Below are positions 1 through 12,628 of a DNA stretch of 64,000 nucleotides, one piece after another. Made by a program: the position numbers and the translations under genes. Below the pieces are notes generated by a model. That model was not told the origin of the DNA and ran no database searches. It was given only the letters and a program-made list of their open reading frames with translations. The first letter of the stretch is position 1, and each line of letters opens with the position of its first letter. Source of the DNA: Eledone cirrhosa (lineage: Eukaryota); assembly GCA_964016885.1 (NCBI GenBank), contig OZ024761.1:16058001-16122000 (forward strand), written 5' to 3'.

Positions 1-699
1 TGACTGCTATTTTTAACAAATTAAATAACCATATTGAGGTCCTCTCATTGGTTTGATGTGTATAGAAGTCTAAACTTATTCGATGTAAGCTTTCTAAATA
101 TTTTTTAAAATGTGATTAGAGATAACATAATCAATATACCCGCATTTATTTGTATTAAATAAAGTTTCACCGTCCAAATAAAGATTTCATTTATATCCTA
201 ATTATAACGCAATCATGATGATATAAATAATTATATATTTTTAATCAATATTTACAACTCGTAAACATTTAGTTTTCAACGAACACAGACGGACAAAAGT
301 CTCATCGTCTAAATAGTGATATGTATTATTAACTATACCATTTATAATTAACAGTTATTATTTTTAATAAATATTACGATATCATTAATAATTTGGGTAA
401 TATTACATTAAACATTAATATATATAGTTTCACTAAAAACACGCTGGCAAAGTTTTTTACGTTTTTTATTTCTTTTTTAATCAATTACAATCAAAATAAC
501 TAATTTACAATGCTAACTAATTATAAATATATGAGACAATTACGGATGGTTAATATTACCGGTAACACTAATTTAAGTTTCAACAAACATTTAAAATTAC
601 TTTTTTATTTAGTTTAGATGAATCCAATCGATTCTAGTTAATTTAGCATCCATCCCACATAGTTGTTAATTTTTATCTTTCATCACAAACTTTACTGCC

Positions 700-755
700 G
701 CTTGCTTCCGTTTCCTCTAATCCTTTAGTCATTTTATAGAAGCAAGAAGAACAAC
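700..755 (+). other. Putative non-coding first exon of DDX19
   Basis: Locally GC-richer patch with CTTCCG/pyrimidine-rich initiator-like sequence ending in the donor AAC|GTGAGT at 756. The first coding exon is preceded by an acceptor, so an upstream exon is required. Start position uncertain. Confidence 0.5.
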
Positions 756-3545
756 GTGAGTAGCCCGTAGATTTTTCTCTTCTATTTCGTTCCCCCTCGT
801 TGTTTCTCCCTTAAATATATCTATTAATTTTATTTCCTGTTTGCTAATATATTTTATTTTACAGCTACAATTCACTACTCCAGTTAATATAATAAAAATA
901 TTTCTTCGACTAGCATATATTTGAAAAACAAACTAAACATTTTGTTTATTTTATATATATATATAATGTATATATAATGGTTAATTTAGATGTAATGATA
1001 ATGCCTAATAATTGGGTGTTGCTCTTATTGTGAGGGTTTCTATCTGTCTGTGTGTGTGTTTTTACTTCAATTCATATTCCACGCATTTGTGAAATACAAA
1101 AACATTTTGTGGCGTGACAGACACTCCGTTGGCGGCATTAAATTTCGTTGTGAAGCATTGTCTACCTACTGTCAACATTTTAAACAAACAATCCATGTTT
1201 TCGTTGATCTTTCGCTTTCTTTGTTATAAGTGTCTTTTATTTATCCCCCCCTACAATATATATATATATATATATAATGTGTGTATGTCTATATGTCGAT
1301 TGGTGAAAACCGGTTAAAGGTGTTTATCAGCTTTTCGATTTACAATGCGTACATTTGGCATGCTTACCAAAGATGTGTAAATTTTATATACACATTTACG
1401 CAATCTCAGTTCTATTCAATGCATATATAAGTTTATCATATATATATAATATATATATACAGAGAAAGATTTCCGAGTTGTGTCGGGGGGGGGGGTAAAT
1501 AACAATTTAAAAAGGTACTCAATACATTGATAGAGTATAGGCAACTTTATTATATATAAAAATGAACTGTTTCATTCTTATGAATTCACCAGGAATGATG
1601 ATTTCATACGAACGAAACAGTTGACTAGAAGTTATTTCTCTTTGACAGATTAAAAAGCCAGATTACTTCATTGGGTTCACTCTTACGGGGGGCCAACTTA
1701 ACCCTAATAGCAGTGAGTAGGGAGGTGGTTTAGGGACCCACGTCACCATAAGTCTCCCTCCTCAGCTACAGGTTCAACGACAAACGTATCGGGAAACATA
1801 ACCTGGCACTGTTACCGAATTCACCAGGTTGTTGCTAATATTACTTGCGTAGTATACACGGAGGCGCGTGGCCTAGTGATAAGCGTGTTTGACATACCAC
1901 CATAACGTCGTTGGTTCGATTCGTGTTGTGTTCTTGAGCAAAACACTTTATTTTCCTGTTGCTCAACTGAAAATGAATATCAGCAATAGCTTGGAGTTTA
2001 ACCCTGCGATGGACTGGCGGCCTGTCCAGTGGGGACTATTGTACTATGTCGCTTAATGCCAAGGAAACCGGGATAATAACCTGATGAGCCTTCGGGCTCT
2101 AGACAAACTTTAGACTTTTAGTATATACGCGGTAAATAGTAACTTTCACACACTAAAACTTCAGGGCACCCAAATCTACGATTACAATTACATGTATAGA
2201 TTATTGAATGAAAATATTTATATCTTCGATAGTTACCACTATGATTACTTTTTCTAACGATTCTTAATTTAGTTACAGAAAACCATAATATTACTTTTTT
2301 AATCATTTCAAAATTTTCTTGAACTTTTTCTTTGTTTAAAATTTTGCTAGAGAAACACAGATTTACGTGTATAGTTTCCTCTCTATTTAAATTTGCTACT
2401 TCCGGTACGATGATAATAACAAAACTCGTCTAAATAAATTGATAAATATTATTTTGTTTCGTTATTATTATTATTATTATTATTAATAATAATAATAATA
2501 ATAATTAAAAAATGTTTTTTATTAACCTCTAATATTTTAGATTGCTAGGGGAGAAGGTTATTTTAATCAAACAAAAATTACTGGTGACGGTTTCATCAAT
2601 TATCCTGTTCTCTCCTTCAAAATTGCTGGCCTTGTGCCTGAATTAGAAACCATTATTATTAGTAGTAGTAGTATCGGTAGAGAGTCGGACACGGTCATTT
2701 ACTGTCTGAGTTCAAATCCCACCGAGGTTAACTTTGCCTTTCATCCTTACGGGGTCGATAAAATAATGTACCAGTTACGTACTAGGGTCGATTTAATCGA
2801 CTTTCCCCCTCCCCCAAATTACTGGAATTGTGCCTTGACTAGAAATCATTGTTATTATCCTTTACTTTCTAAGTTCAAATCCCGCTGAGGTTAGCTTTGC
2901 CTTTTATCCTGACGGGGTCGATAGAATAAAGTTGTTTACCTTGTTCGTAAATCAGAAAACATTATTATTTTCCTACATCTCCACTCCCTTGTAACAACAT
3001 TTAAATGGCCAGTAAAAACGGCCAATCACGGTACATTCTACTTGTTCCAGTTTATTAGGACTCTTTGCTTTACAATATAAAGCTCAGTGTCTGGGAGCCA
3101 TGTTGGAGACTGATAAAGACAGCTAGTAATGTATGACTTATCAAGTAATTTCATGGTGTCAGAAGTGCCGGATTACATGCTACAAGATATGTACTTGATG
3201 TTTACAGTATAAAGAGTTTGATGTTTGATACCAGAACACAGATCTGGACTTAAATTTTGATACCACAACCAGAGCATTTTACAGGACACTGAAGCAAACC
3301 TGACAACCCACTCTACACACAGCATGATATTTGATATATATTAGGTGGATTGACTAACAAGTGAGCTTTGTGTTCCAGTGGTATTTACTGGAGTATTTTA
3401 TTAGTTAACCTGTGATTTTCTTCACATCCAACACTGCATTAAAGTTTTATTTACCCAGCCTGATTATGAATGAGCAACAGGGGATTAATCCTGATTAATC
3501 CTGACAAATTTTCAGTTAGACCGCCCACTTTTGACTTGGGAAAGT

Positions 3546-3890
3546 CATCATCCATCATCATCACCGTTTTACGTCCGTTCTTCCACGCTAGCATGGGTTA
3601 GACGGGTTGTCCTGTTGTGGGCAGTGTCTGGTCGGCTGACCATGTCTTGCTCATACAGGAACTGATTTTGGCTTGATTTCTACAGCTGGATGCCCTTCCT
3701 AACACCAACCTCATTTACAGTGAGTGCTGGGTGCTTTTTTTTTTCCGTGGCGCCTACACGTCCACTTTACAGTGTGGGCTGGGTGCTTTTTTGCCGTGGT
3801 ACCTCCACGACCACCTTGCAGTGGGAGGGTGTGGGGGCATATTGTCTATATGCTTCAGCTTGTACCCATAGGAGGTCGGGTACTCTGTAT
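3546..3890 (-). mobile_element. SINE-like element with (GAT)n tail; near-identical copy at 41748-42100
   Basis: V-domain-like TGGTGTTAGGAAGGGCATCCAGCTGTAGAAA and CCATGCTAGCGTGGAAGAACGGACGTAAAACG(ATG)n tail; AAAGTC on both flanks. Confidence 0.8.
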
Positions 3891-4209
3891 AAAGTCCATA
3901 TAGATAGGAAGCGTTTTGTGATTTTTGCAAGTATGCTAACATTATACTACCACATGGATCATACAAAAGACTGACCCAGAATGAACGTGTGGGACTTTTA
4001 ATTAACTGGATGGGCAGTGAGGCAGCAGACCTCTTTAATGGCTTAGTGTCACCTCCAGGAAAAAGCAAAGAAAATTTGGATGATGCGATTACCATGTTCA
4101 AGGATAAATTCCGCCCCACATATTCATAGTATAAACTGGGATCACTATTTAGTTCCAATTGTAAGGATCAAACAGATTTCATGCATACTATCAGACAGCT
4201 TGTGAAGGA

Positions 4210-4372
4210 CTGAATTCACTAATGAGGATGAAATGGTGAAATTTATTGACTGTGAATTCACTAATGAGGATGAAATGGTCAAATTTATTGACTGTGAATT
4301 CACTAATGAGGATGAAATGGTCAAATTTATTGACTGTGAATTCACTAATGAGGATGAAATGTTCAAATTTAT
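4210..4372 (+). repeat. 42-bp tandem repeat (about 4 copies) inside Gypsy gag
   Basis: Unit TGAATTCACTAATGAGGATGAAATGGTCAAATTTATTGACTG. Confidence 0.9.
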
Positions 4373-7300
4373 TTTCTTGGTCCACAATCAACACCAACAT
4401 GTATGTGAACAGTTATTAAAGGAAATGGATCCTGCCAAGGACTGGCCACCCGCACTTGCTATTGCAAACCGTGTAGAGTCACAGATAGAATCTGAGAAGC
4501 TTGCAACCAGTTTTCAGCAAGATACAGGGGCCAAGAAAGACATTGATGCTGTACACAACCAAAATAGCTACAAAGTGAAAACCAAAAAGAAAGAGGCAAG
4601 ACTGCAGAAACAAACACAGGCAATCAATGCAGGAACTGTGATGTTAAACATTTGCCTGGACAGTGCCCAGCATATGGAAAAATATGTTATAAATACAAAT
4701 CATTTCATGAGTAAATGTAGAAGCAGATCACGATTTGGTGAGCAAAGAATTAAATTTGTTTTATAAATCATATGTGAAGCAGGGACAAATGATCAGTTCA
4801 GTTGAGTGATATGACTGTGACTCTGATTATGAATATTTTGAAGGAAAAGATAGTAATTCAGATGAATATTTTGACATGATTAAAGTTATCAGAAAAATTC
4901 AGCTCATGGTTGACACTAGAGCAAAGACAAATTCCAGTAATATTAGAATATTAGCAGACTTAGAGGTATCAAACAAGTGTGGTAACTATGTTAAATTAAG
5001 GTCTAAGTTGCAGGCAACCTGTTACCTGTGCAATGTTTTAAGCAATTGTACCCTGGTGTAAGCATGTTTAAATTGAGTTGTACTGGAGACAAAAATGTCA
5101 CTTTACTTGCTTACAAGTTGGAAATTAAGCAGTATAGCACAAACTGAATATCACTGTAGAGGGCAAGAGCAAACAGCATATATTCTATATTAGTTTCTAA
5201 CAAGTATCGTTCAATATTTGCCCTGCCTGATTTAGAAATATTAGGTCTAATCACAGGTAATGTACCTGACACTTCAAACTGGTCATTATTTTTACCAAAT
5301 TTGGTAAAAGTTTCTTTCTTAGATGTGAATTCAGTTGAATCAGCAATGAAGCGAGTGACTAAGAAGGATATCTTGTCTCACCATGGTGTAGGCAAATTTG
5401 TATAAGACCAGTGAGAATCACAATAAAGCTCTACAAAGCAGCCCCACGTCGAGTTCCTGTCACAATGAGACAAATTTAAAGGGGAACTTTAAAACGTGGT
5501 AAACTGGTATTCTGACGAAATTAGGTCCTGATGAAGCAACAGAATGGGGGAATTATTTTGTTAATGTTATCAAGTCAAATAGTGACTTGTGCATCTGTCT
5601 AGACCCTGTGTCATTAAATAAGTCAATCATTCTACCTATATTTGACATGTCAACTTTTGATGATTTACAGGATGAATTAGCAGATGCCAAGATTATTAAT
5701 GTTGTAGATATGACCAAGGGATTTTTCCATTTGCCTTTGGACAAGGAGAGTCAACCATTCACTGGAAATGCTCACACCATTCAGAACTTATGTTTACCAG
5801 GTTCTTGCCATGGGACTTTCATATCCTGCTGCTATTTTCAACAGTGTCTTGGATGAATTGTTATCTGACCCCAAAGGAGTAAAAAATATTACTGACAACA
5901 TTGTCGTTTTTGGCAATATACAAGCCCAGCATGATAAGAACCTCATGGCATTTTTAGATCGTTGTGTGAAAACTGACCTCCACATGAACACCAAGTAACT
6001 AACAGTCAATGCACAGTGAGTACCACTCTTTGGTATGTTGTTGACAGCTGAAGGACTGAAACCCTCGTCAGGGAACGTGCAAGTTATAAAAGACTGACCT
6101 ACTCGAATGAACAAGGCATAGCTGCAAAATTTCCTGGGTATTGTGAATTATTTAAGCAGATTCATATCCAATTTGTCTTCAGTAAGAAAGCCCCTGCAGG
6201 ATCTAACTAGCCAGGACAGTATCCACACCATGATGAAATGTTTAGGCAGCTCAAACAAGCAATTTCAAATGACAGTTTTCACAATGTTATGCTAGTCAGG
6301 ATGACATTGGAGTAATGCTACTCTAGCCAGAATCCAACTTGGGAACTGTCAGTGAAGTACCCCGCAATTTGAGACCTATAATATGCTTCAAAGACTTTGT
6401 CCCCCATTGAGCCTTGATACTCAAATATTGAAAGAGAGCTAGTAACTGTTGTGTTTGCTGTACTATATTTTAAACAGTTTATATTTAGTAAAAGAGCTTA
6501 TGAATGATCATAAGCCCCTGACCCCTCTTTGGCAGAAGACTTTGGTATCCACCACACTAACTTTCTCATATGTTGTTGCAAATCACCAGTTTCAATTTGG
6601 ATATTGTATGCAGGAGAGGCAAAGAAATGCATCTCTCTGATGCACTTAGCCGTTTAAGCACACATGCAAAACATGATGGTCATACCAGAAAGGGGATGGA
6701 CGGCAACATTCACAATATTTCACTTACTATCTCCCCAACCAGACTTGAGAAAGTGCAACAAGCCTCCCCAAACTGTTGATATTAGTACAATACAAAACAG
6801 ATGAATGGCCTGATTCAGCCAAGGACTGCCAAAAGTGAACCTAGTGTAGTTGATAGCATTGTCTGCAAGAATGACAGAGTGGTAATTCCTAAGTCAATGA
6901 GACCTGAAGTTCTTCAGCTATTACACAAAGCCCATCTTGGATTAACAAAGACTCTACTCCGGACAAGAGAGTGTGTATTCTGGCCTAGGATCATACATGA
7001 AGTAACAACATCAATTGAAAGATGATGTGCAAGGTCAAGCAACTTGCAATAGACAGTGCTTGGAACCTTTACAAAGTACTATTGCAACATATCCATGGCA
7101 GATATGTAGCAATAGTACATTCCAGAAAATCCTTGCAAAAATAGTTTATTCCTGAGGGCTGTTTGTCATCTGAAATGTCTGTAAACCAAAACTATTTTTC
7201 CCATACAAAATGTTGAGAGAGAAATACAGTGAGGGAGAGACTTCTGTGTGAAAGACAGATATATATATATATATCACAATAGTAACTAATTAACTACACA

Positions 7301-7747
7301 ACAAGTGACACTTTCCCACTGATACTCCCAGCTTGATGCCAACTGTTGTTTCCAGCTTGTGTGTTCGTTACTCGAGACACTGTTCGTCAACTGAGACATT
7401 TTATGTTAGGAAAAATTGTTTGTGAGAGGTGTTTGTGAATCGAGGTTCCAGTATATTTATTTAACACTGATGTTTACTTAAGTCTATAGCGTAATTTAAT
7501 AGCATAAGTATATTTCATGTGTATTTTCTGTTTATACATCATTTATTGTATTGTTTTATTTACGGCAGTTAATATACTTTAAATTTTTATTGTATTGTAC
7601 ATATACAGTAAGAAGGGGACGTAACATTATTTGAATGGCCAGTAAAATCGGCCAATAACAGCATATTCTACTTGCTTCACCTTATTAGGACTTCTTGTTT
7701 TACTATATCAAGCCCAGAGGCTAGGGGCCATGTTGGAGACTAATAAT

Positions 7748-8121
7748 TGTTTCTACTTTTGGCACAAGGCCAGCAATTACCCAGTGCATTACTGGTACTT
7801 TATTTTATCGACCCCCGTATGGATGAAAGGCAAAGTTAACCTCAGCAGAATTTGTATTCAGATCGTAAAGAGACGTAACTAGGCTGGAAAGCATGCCCGA
7901 CCCACTACCGATACTGCCAATTCACCACCCTTGGAGACTAATAATTGTTTCTACTTTTGGCACAAGACCAGCAATTATCCCAGTGTATTACTGGTACTTT
8001 ATTTTATCGACCCCGTAAGGATGAAAGGCAAAGTTAACCTCGGCGGATTTGAACTCAGACTGGCAAGGGCCGTAACTCGATACGTCAAAGCATGGCGTCC
8101 GACCCTCTACCGATACTGCCC
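7748..8121 (-). mobile_element. Two tandem tRNA-derived SINEs (Meta-domain type, family A) in the 3' LTR
   Basis: A box TGGCAGTATCGGTAG, B box GAGTTCAAATCC, core GCCTTTCATCCTTACGGGGTCGATAAAAT; TSD TTGGAGACTAATAAT present three times. Confidence 0.88.
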
Positions 8122-8680
8122 TTGGAGACTAATAATGACACCTAGTAATGTATGCCTGACTTGTCAAGTTATTTTACTCCTCTTTTCTTTTTTTTTTTCA
8201 CTTCAACTGGCATGATGTGTTAGTGTATCTTGTTTTCACCAAATCACAGGGTTAAGGTGATTATAACAGCATTTTTACCATTTTTATCATAAAATAGTTA
8301 CCAACATTTAATATAGAGATGTTTGTAGTTGTAGAATTAGTAGTATAACCCTTTGGTTACTAACCCAGCCAAAACTGGCTCTGGTTCTATGAAATAAAGT
8401 AATTTTATGTAAGAACCTTACATTAAGTTACTATCTTAGTAATGAAATCATTAATTAATTGAAATAGACTGTATTTCATTAGAAATGCAATCATGAAAGG
8501 GTTAAGAATAAGTTATTAGGATTAGTGTTTTATATATACTTATGAAATATAATGAAATGCCAAGACACTTGCTCACAGGGCCATCATGGGACCCTGTGAG
8601 CTAACAAGACACTCCAGAGTAACAATACTCACTATTTAGCCATAATAAATGAATATTTGAATCATCATCATCGTTTAACG

Positions 8681-9401
8681 CAAAGGTTCTCAACGGGGGG
8701 CGTTTGGAGGGGGGGGGAACTGGAAGGTTCTTTATTTTGGTAAGTTTTATAAGCCATATTTGTATGTCTTTGAGACAGCCAGTGTGAATGCATTTGAATG
8801 AGCTTGCAGACAGCATAACTATAGTCTGACCGCAGCTGTGAGCAGGTGTGCTGGCATGTCCAGTAATTGAGACGTTAACCGGTAATTGAGATCCTAAAAA
8901 TGGAAAAACCCAAAGTCAACTGGGTCAAAGACACTCTGAGCGCAGCCAGTTAGAATCTTATCTTTCCTTCACCGATAACAATGTATTTAATGTCTGAAAT
9001 TATTGACTCAACTGCAACGAGTTAACACTATGTAGATCTATTTTATTCCCTATTGTATAAATCATCATCATCATCATCATCATCAGGTTTAGCGTCCGTG
9101 TTCCACGCTTGCATGGGTTTGGACGGGGGTTTTCCCACTTGAGGCAAGAGTGGTTGTCTTGCTCGCATAGGACTACAAATAAAAAAAAAAGAAAAGAAAA
9201 AACAGAAGGGAGTAGCACACACATCTAGGACCACATACAACACAATTAGATAATACACACATCTTTGGAATATTGTTAATCAATTTTTTAGTAATCTACT
9301 GATATAAAAATCAGTAGTATATTGAAAAATGGAAAAATAGCGGGGGGTCGTGATTTTGAGGGACAAAAGGGGCGTTTGGCCTAAATGGTTGAGAACCTGT
9401 G
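8681..9401. mobile_element. hAT (Charlie-like) non-autonomous DNA transposon nested in a SINE tail, with another SINE tail inside it
   Basis: TIR CAAAGGTTCTCAAC / GTTGAGAACCTGTG; 8-bp TSD GTTTAACG / GTTTAATG. Confidence 0.8.
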
Positions 9402-9769
9402 GTTTAATGTCTCATCCACGCTAGCATAGCTTAGACAAGAGTTGTCCCACTTGAGGCAAGATTGGTCGGGTGACTATCTGGCAGGTTTTCTACAGCTGGA
9501 TGCCCTTCCTAACACCAACCACATTTACAGTGTGGACTGGGAGCTTTTTACCGTGTTACCTACATGACCACATTACAACGTCGACTGTGTTTTTTTGTCG
9601 TAACACCTACATGATCTCATTAGTTTGAACTGGATGTTGTGGTACCAACATAACTTTATAGAGAAAGGGTCGTGTTGGGGGGATGAAGTAGGGGTAGTGG
9701 GTTGGAGGGGCCTACTGACTAGGTTAACTTTGCACGTAGAGAAGGCGGGTGCCAAAGATCTCGATCCAG

Positions 9770-10085
9770 TGAGGTGCAAGTGGGCAAGGTCGGAATTTAT
9801 CATGTTCTTCCCAGGTTTTTCTGGTCTACCTACTCCATAACTTCCATCAATTTTCATCGCCCTGCACTTTTTTTTATACAGCTGTCGTATTTCATGCACA
9901 TCACGCGACGATACCAACGTAATCTTCTCTCGAGTAAACAGCATCTGATCCCTCTTATTCCTAATTTCTTACTTAGTTCATTTATGTTTTGCCGTTCACA
10001 TATATTACTATTACACATCCAACGGAGCATGCATGCTTCGTTCCTTTCCAGTCTGCGCAGTTCCTCTGCACACCTATTTCAATAT
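9770..10085 (-). mobile_element. Degenerate RTE-type LINE 3' fragment
   Basis: Minus-strand remnant of G.GRPRKTW; related fragments at 14250-14395 and 22810-23160 ([13 protein letters not shown]). Confidence 0.6.
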
Positions 10086-10122
10086 TGAGTGCTCTTTTCT
10101 CTCGTCAGTCAACTACATATGG

Positions 10123-10154
<32 letters not shown>

Positions 10155-12166
10155 AGCCAGACAGTCCACGCTGTAATGTGGCCGTGTAGGCAACACGGTA
10201 AAAACCTCCCAGCCCCACACTGTAAATGTGGTTGGTGTTAGGAAGGGCATCCAGCTGTAGAAAACCCGCCAGACAATCCTATGCGAGCAAGACAACCACT
10301 CTTGCCTCAAGTGGAAAAACTCCCGTCCAAACCCATGCAAGCGTGGAACATGGACGTTAAACGATGATGATGATATATAGTCAGTGTGTGTGTGTATGTA
10401 TATATATATATGTGTATGTATATATTTGTGTGTGTGTGTGTTTGCATGTGTGTTTTTATTTTTCCTTTCCTCCTTCCTTTTCTAGCCTCACTTTCATATA
10501 GATTATATTTTTGTTTTTAAAATCCAACGCCAATAAATACACCAGGATTTTTTCATTCTGATGATTGAAAGCAAAATGTTTTTGCTTTTAAGAAACCACT
10601 GGTAAATGAAATAATTGCCTTATGTTGTTTATTACATAACTATATATCTATATATATATAATAATGTGTGTGTGTGTATATATATCTATATATATGTGTG
10701 TGTGTGTATATATATCTATATATATATAATAATGTGTGTGTGTGTATACACACACATACTCACAAACATGTGGTTATGAGGTTTATTTTTCAACATTGTC
10801 CTTGGTAAGAAACAATGCAGTTAATAAGAAGATGAGCTGAAATTAATGCATACAAGATTTCACAGCTCTAGCACCACTCCTTCATAGTCAGCCTATGAAG
10901 TTTTTAGCCTACCTTTGTACAAGTTCCACTCATCACATCAACCCACACTCCACTCATCACATGACGTTTTCACTGACAAAAGACAATTTCGGATTGTGTA
11001 TCATCTCATTATTTACATTCTCCATTCATTCCTCTGTCTATTTTGTCTTTAACACAGTCAGTTCTCACTAACTCCTACTAATTACACATAACGACACTAA
11101 TTATACTTGACTGAGAGCTAATTCCATTTGGCAGAAATCCGATAGACACTTTTGATAGTAACCCGTCTTAAACCAACCCTGGTTCTATGATACAAACTGT
11201 ATGTTTTAAAGTGTTTTATTTATATATAAAAAACCCCATCATCTTAATTTTATATATGAACCTTTGTTATGTTCCAATCATCTCTGGTTCTACAATACAA
11301 AGGTGTGTGTTTTAAAGTGTTTTATTTATCTGAAAAAACAAAACAAAACCGTCCATCCTAATTCTATATAAGAACCTTTGTTAAGTTATATTCCAAAAAA
11401 ACCCTGGTTCTACAATACAAACGTGTTTTATTTATCTGAAAAAAACCTTCCATCATAATTCTGTGTTTGAACCTTTGTTAAGTTATGTTCCAAATACCAA
11501 CTTAGTTAAATGACTAAACTGTTCCAATATTCATCATCACTGTTTTATATCAGTTTTGTATTCTTGCATGGGTTAGACCGATACGTCAGATAGCTGTCTT
11601 GTTCATACGTTCCATTTTAGTATGGTTTCTACAGCGGGATGCCCTTTCTAACATCAATCACTTTACGATGTGTGCTGGATTTTTGTGGTACTACCACTAC
11701 CATCTGACAAGTTGGACTGGGTACTTTTTCATTCCTCTCTTCTTTCTCCCCCCCCCCCCCCCCCTTCCTTCCTGGTACTACGCATGGCTTAGTAATAAAG
11801 GTGCCGGTTGGGCTTACGATCATAATGTCATGGGTGTGCGAATCCTTGACTGGGTTGTGAGTTGTGTTCTTGAGCAAAACACTCCATTTCACATTGCTCC
11901 GGTATACTCAACTGAAAATGAGTACCAACAAAAACCGGGGGCTTAACCCTGCGATGGACTAACATCCTATTCAAGGGCAATCTTGTAGTCTTAGTCACTT
12001 CTCAGCATGGATACTGATTTGAGACAGACTTTAGATTTTTTTTAGAATAGCTATACAGTGATTGAAAAACAATATATTGTTTCATCAATATTATTGTATG
12101 TATTTGTTTATTATTATATAGTATTGTTCAATGGAACTGTGCCAGCTGTCGTCAATAGTGATAGCC

Positions 12167-12515
12167 CTGGTATACATGACATACCAATCCTGGACTTCAA
12201 AGATTAAAGATATCTAACACAGCCAGTAATATTGGTATACATGACATACCAATCCTGGACTTCAAAGATTAAAGATATCTAACACAGCCAATAATCCTGG
12301 TATATATGACATACCAATCCTGGACTTCAAAGATTAAAGATATCTAACACAGCCAATAATCCTGGTATATATGATATACCAATCCTGGACTCTCAAAATT
12401 AAATATATTCAATGCTGTTGTCATCAATATTAATAGAAATAAATCCAGTAATTCTGGTATATATGACTTACCAATCCTGGACTCCAAAAATTAAATATAT
12501 TCAATGTTGTTGTCA
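12167..12515 (+). repeat. 65-bp tandem repeat (about 5 copies) just upstream of the DDX19 start exon
   Basis: CTGGTATACATGACATACCAATCCTGGACTTCAAAGATTAAAGATATCTAACACAGCC at 12167, 12232, 12297, 12362 and 12454. Confidence 0.9.
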
Positions 12516-12574
12516 ATATAGATGGTATAGGTCCCCTAGTCAATATGTAATCTCTCTTTCTCTATTGTAGAAAA

Positions 12575-12628
12575 ATGTCTGACTGGTCTTCACAAGTCAA
12601 TGAACAGGAGCAGGGTTTGGCTATGCGG
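12575..12628 (+). CDS. DDX19: DDX19 coding exon 1 ([18 protein letters not shown])
   Basis: Acceptor ttgtag ending 12570, donor gtaagt at 12629; resembles DDX19 N-terminus (W..V.EQE). Confidence 0.85.

Larger units (their letters stand above)
2990..8176 (+). mobile_element. Degenerate Ty3/Gypsy LTR retrotransposon in DDX19 intron 1
   Basis: 5' LTR 2990-3153 (TG...CA); PBS TGGTGTCAGAAGTG at 3154; PPT AAGAAGGGGA at about 7610; 3' LTR 7620-8176 split by two SINEs. Frameshifted gag, RT (DMTKGFFHLPLD, NITDNIVVFG), RNase H (YASKTL, YSNIERE, DHKPL) and integrase Zn domain (LHKAHLG...CVFWP). Confidence 0.9.

Noticed and set aside
1670-1830. Intronic snoRNA or conserved ncRNA shared by the first introns of DDX19 and GLOD4
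   Set aside because: The copies are in opposite orientation relative to their hosts, and the 36100-36335 copy is contiguous with a composite SINE, so it is a repeat fragment.
2078-2120. Hammerhead at CTGATGAGCCTTCGGGCTC
   Set aside because: No GAAA or stem III follows; it is the 3' hairpin of the SINE at about 1860-2120.
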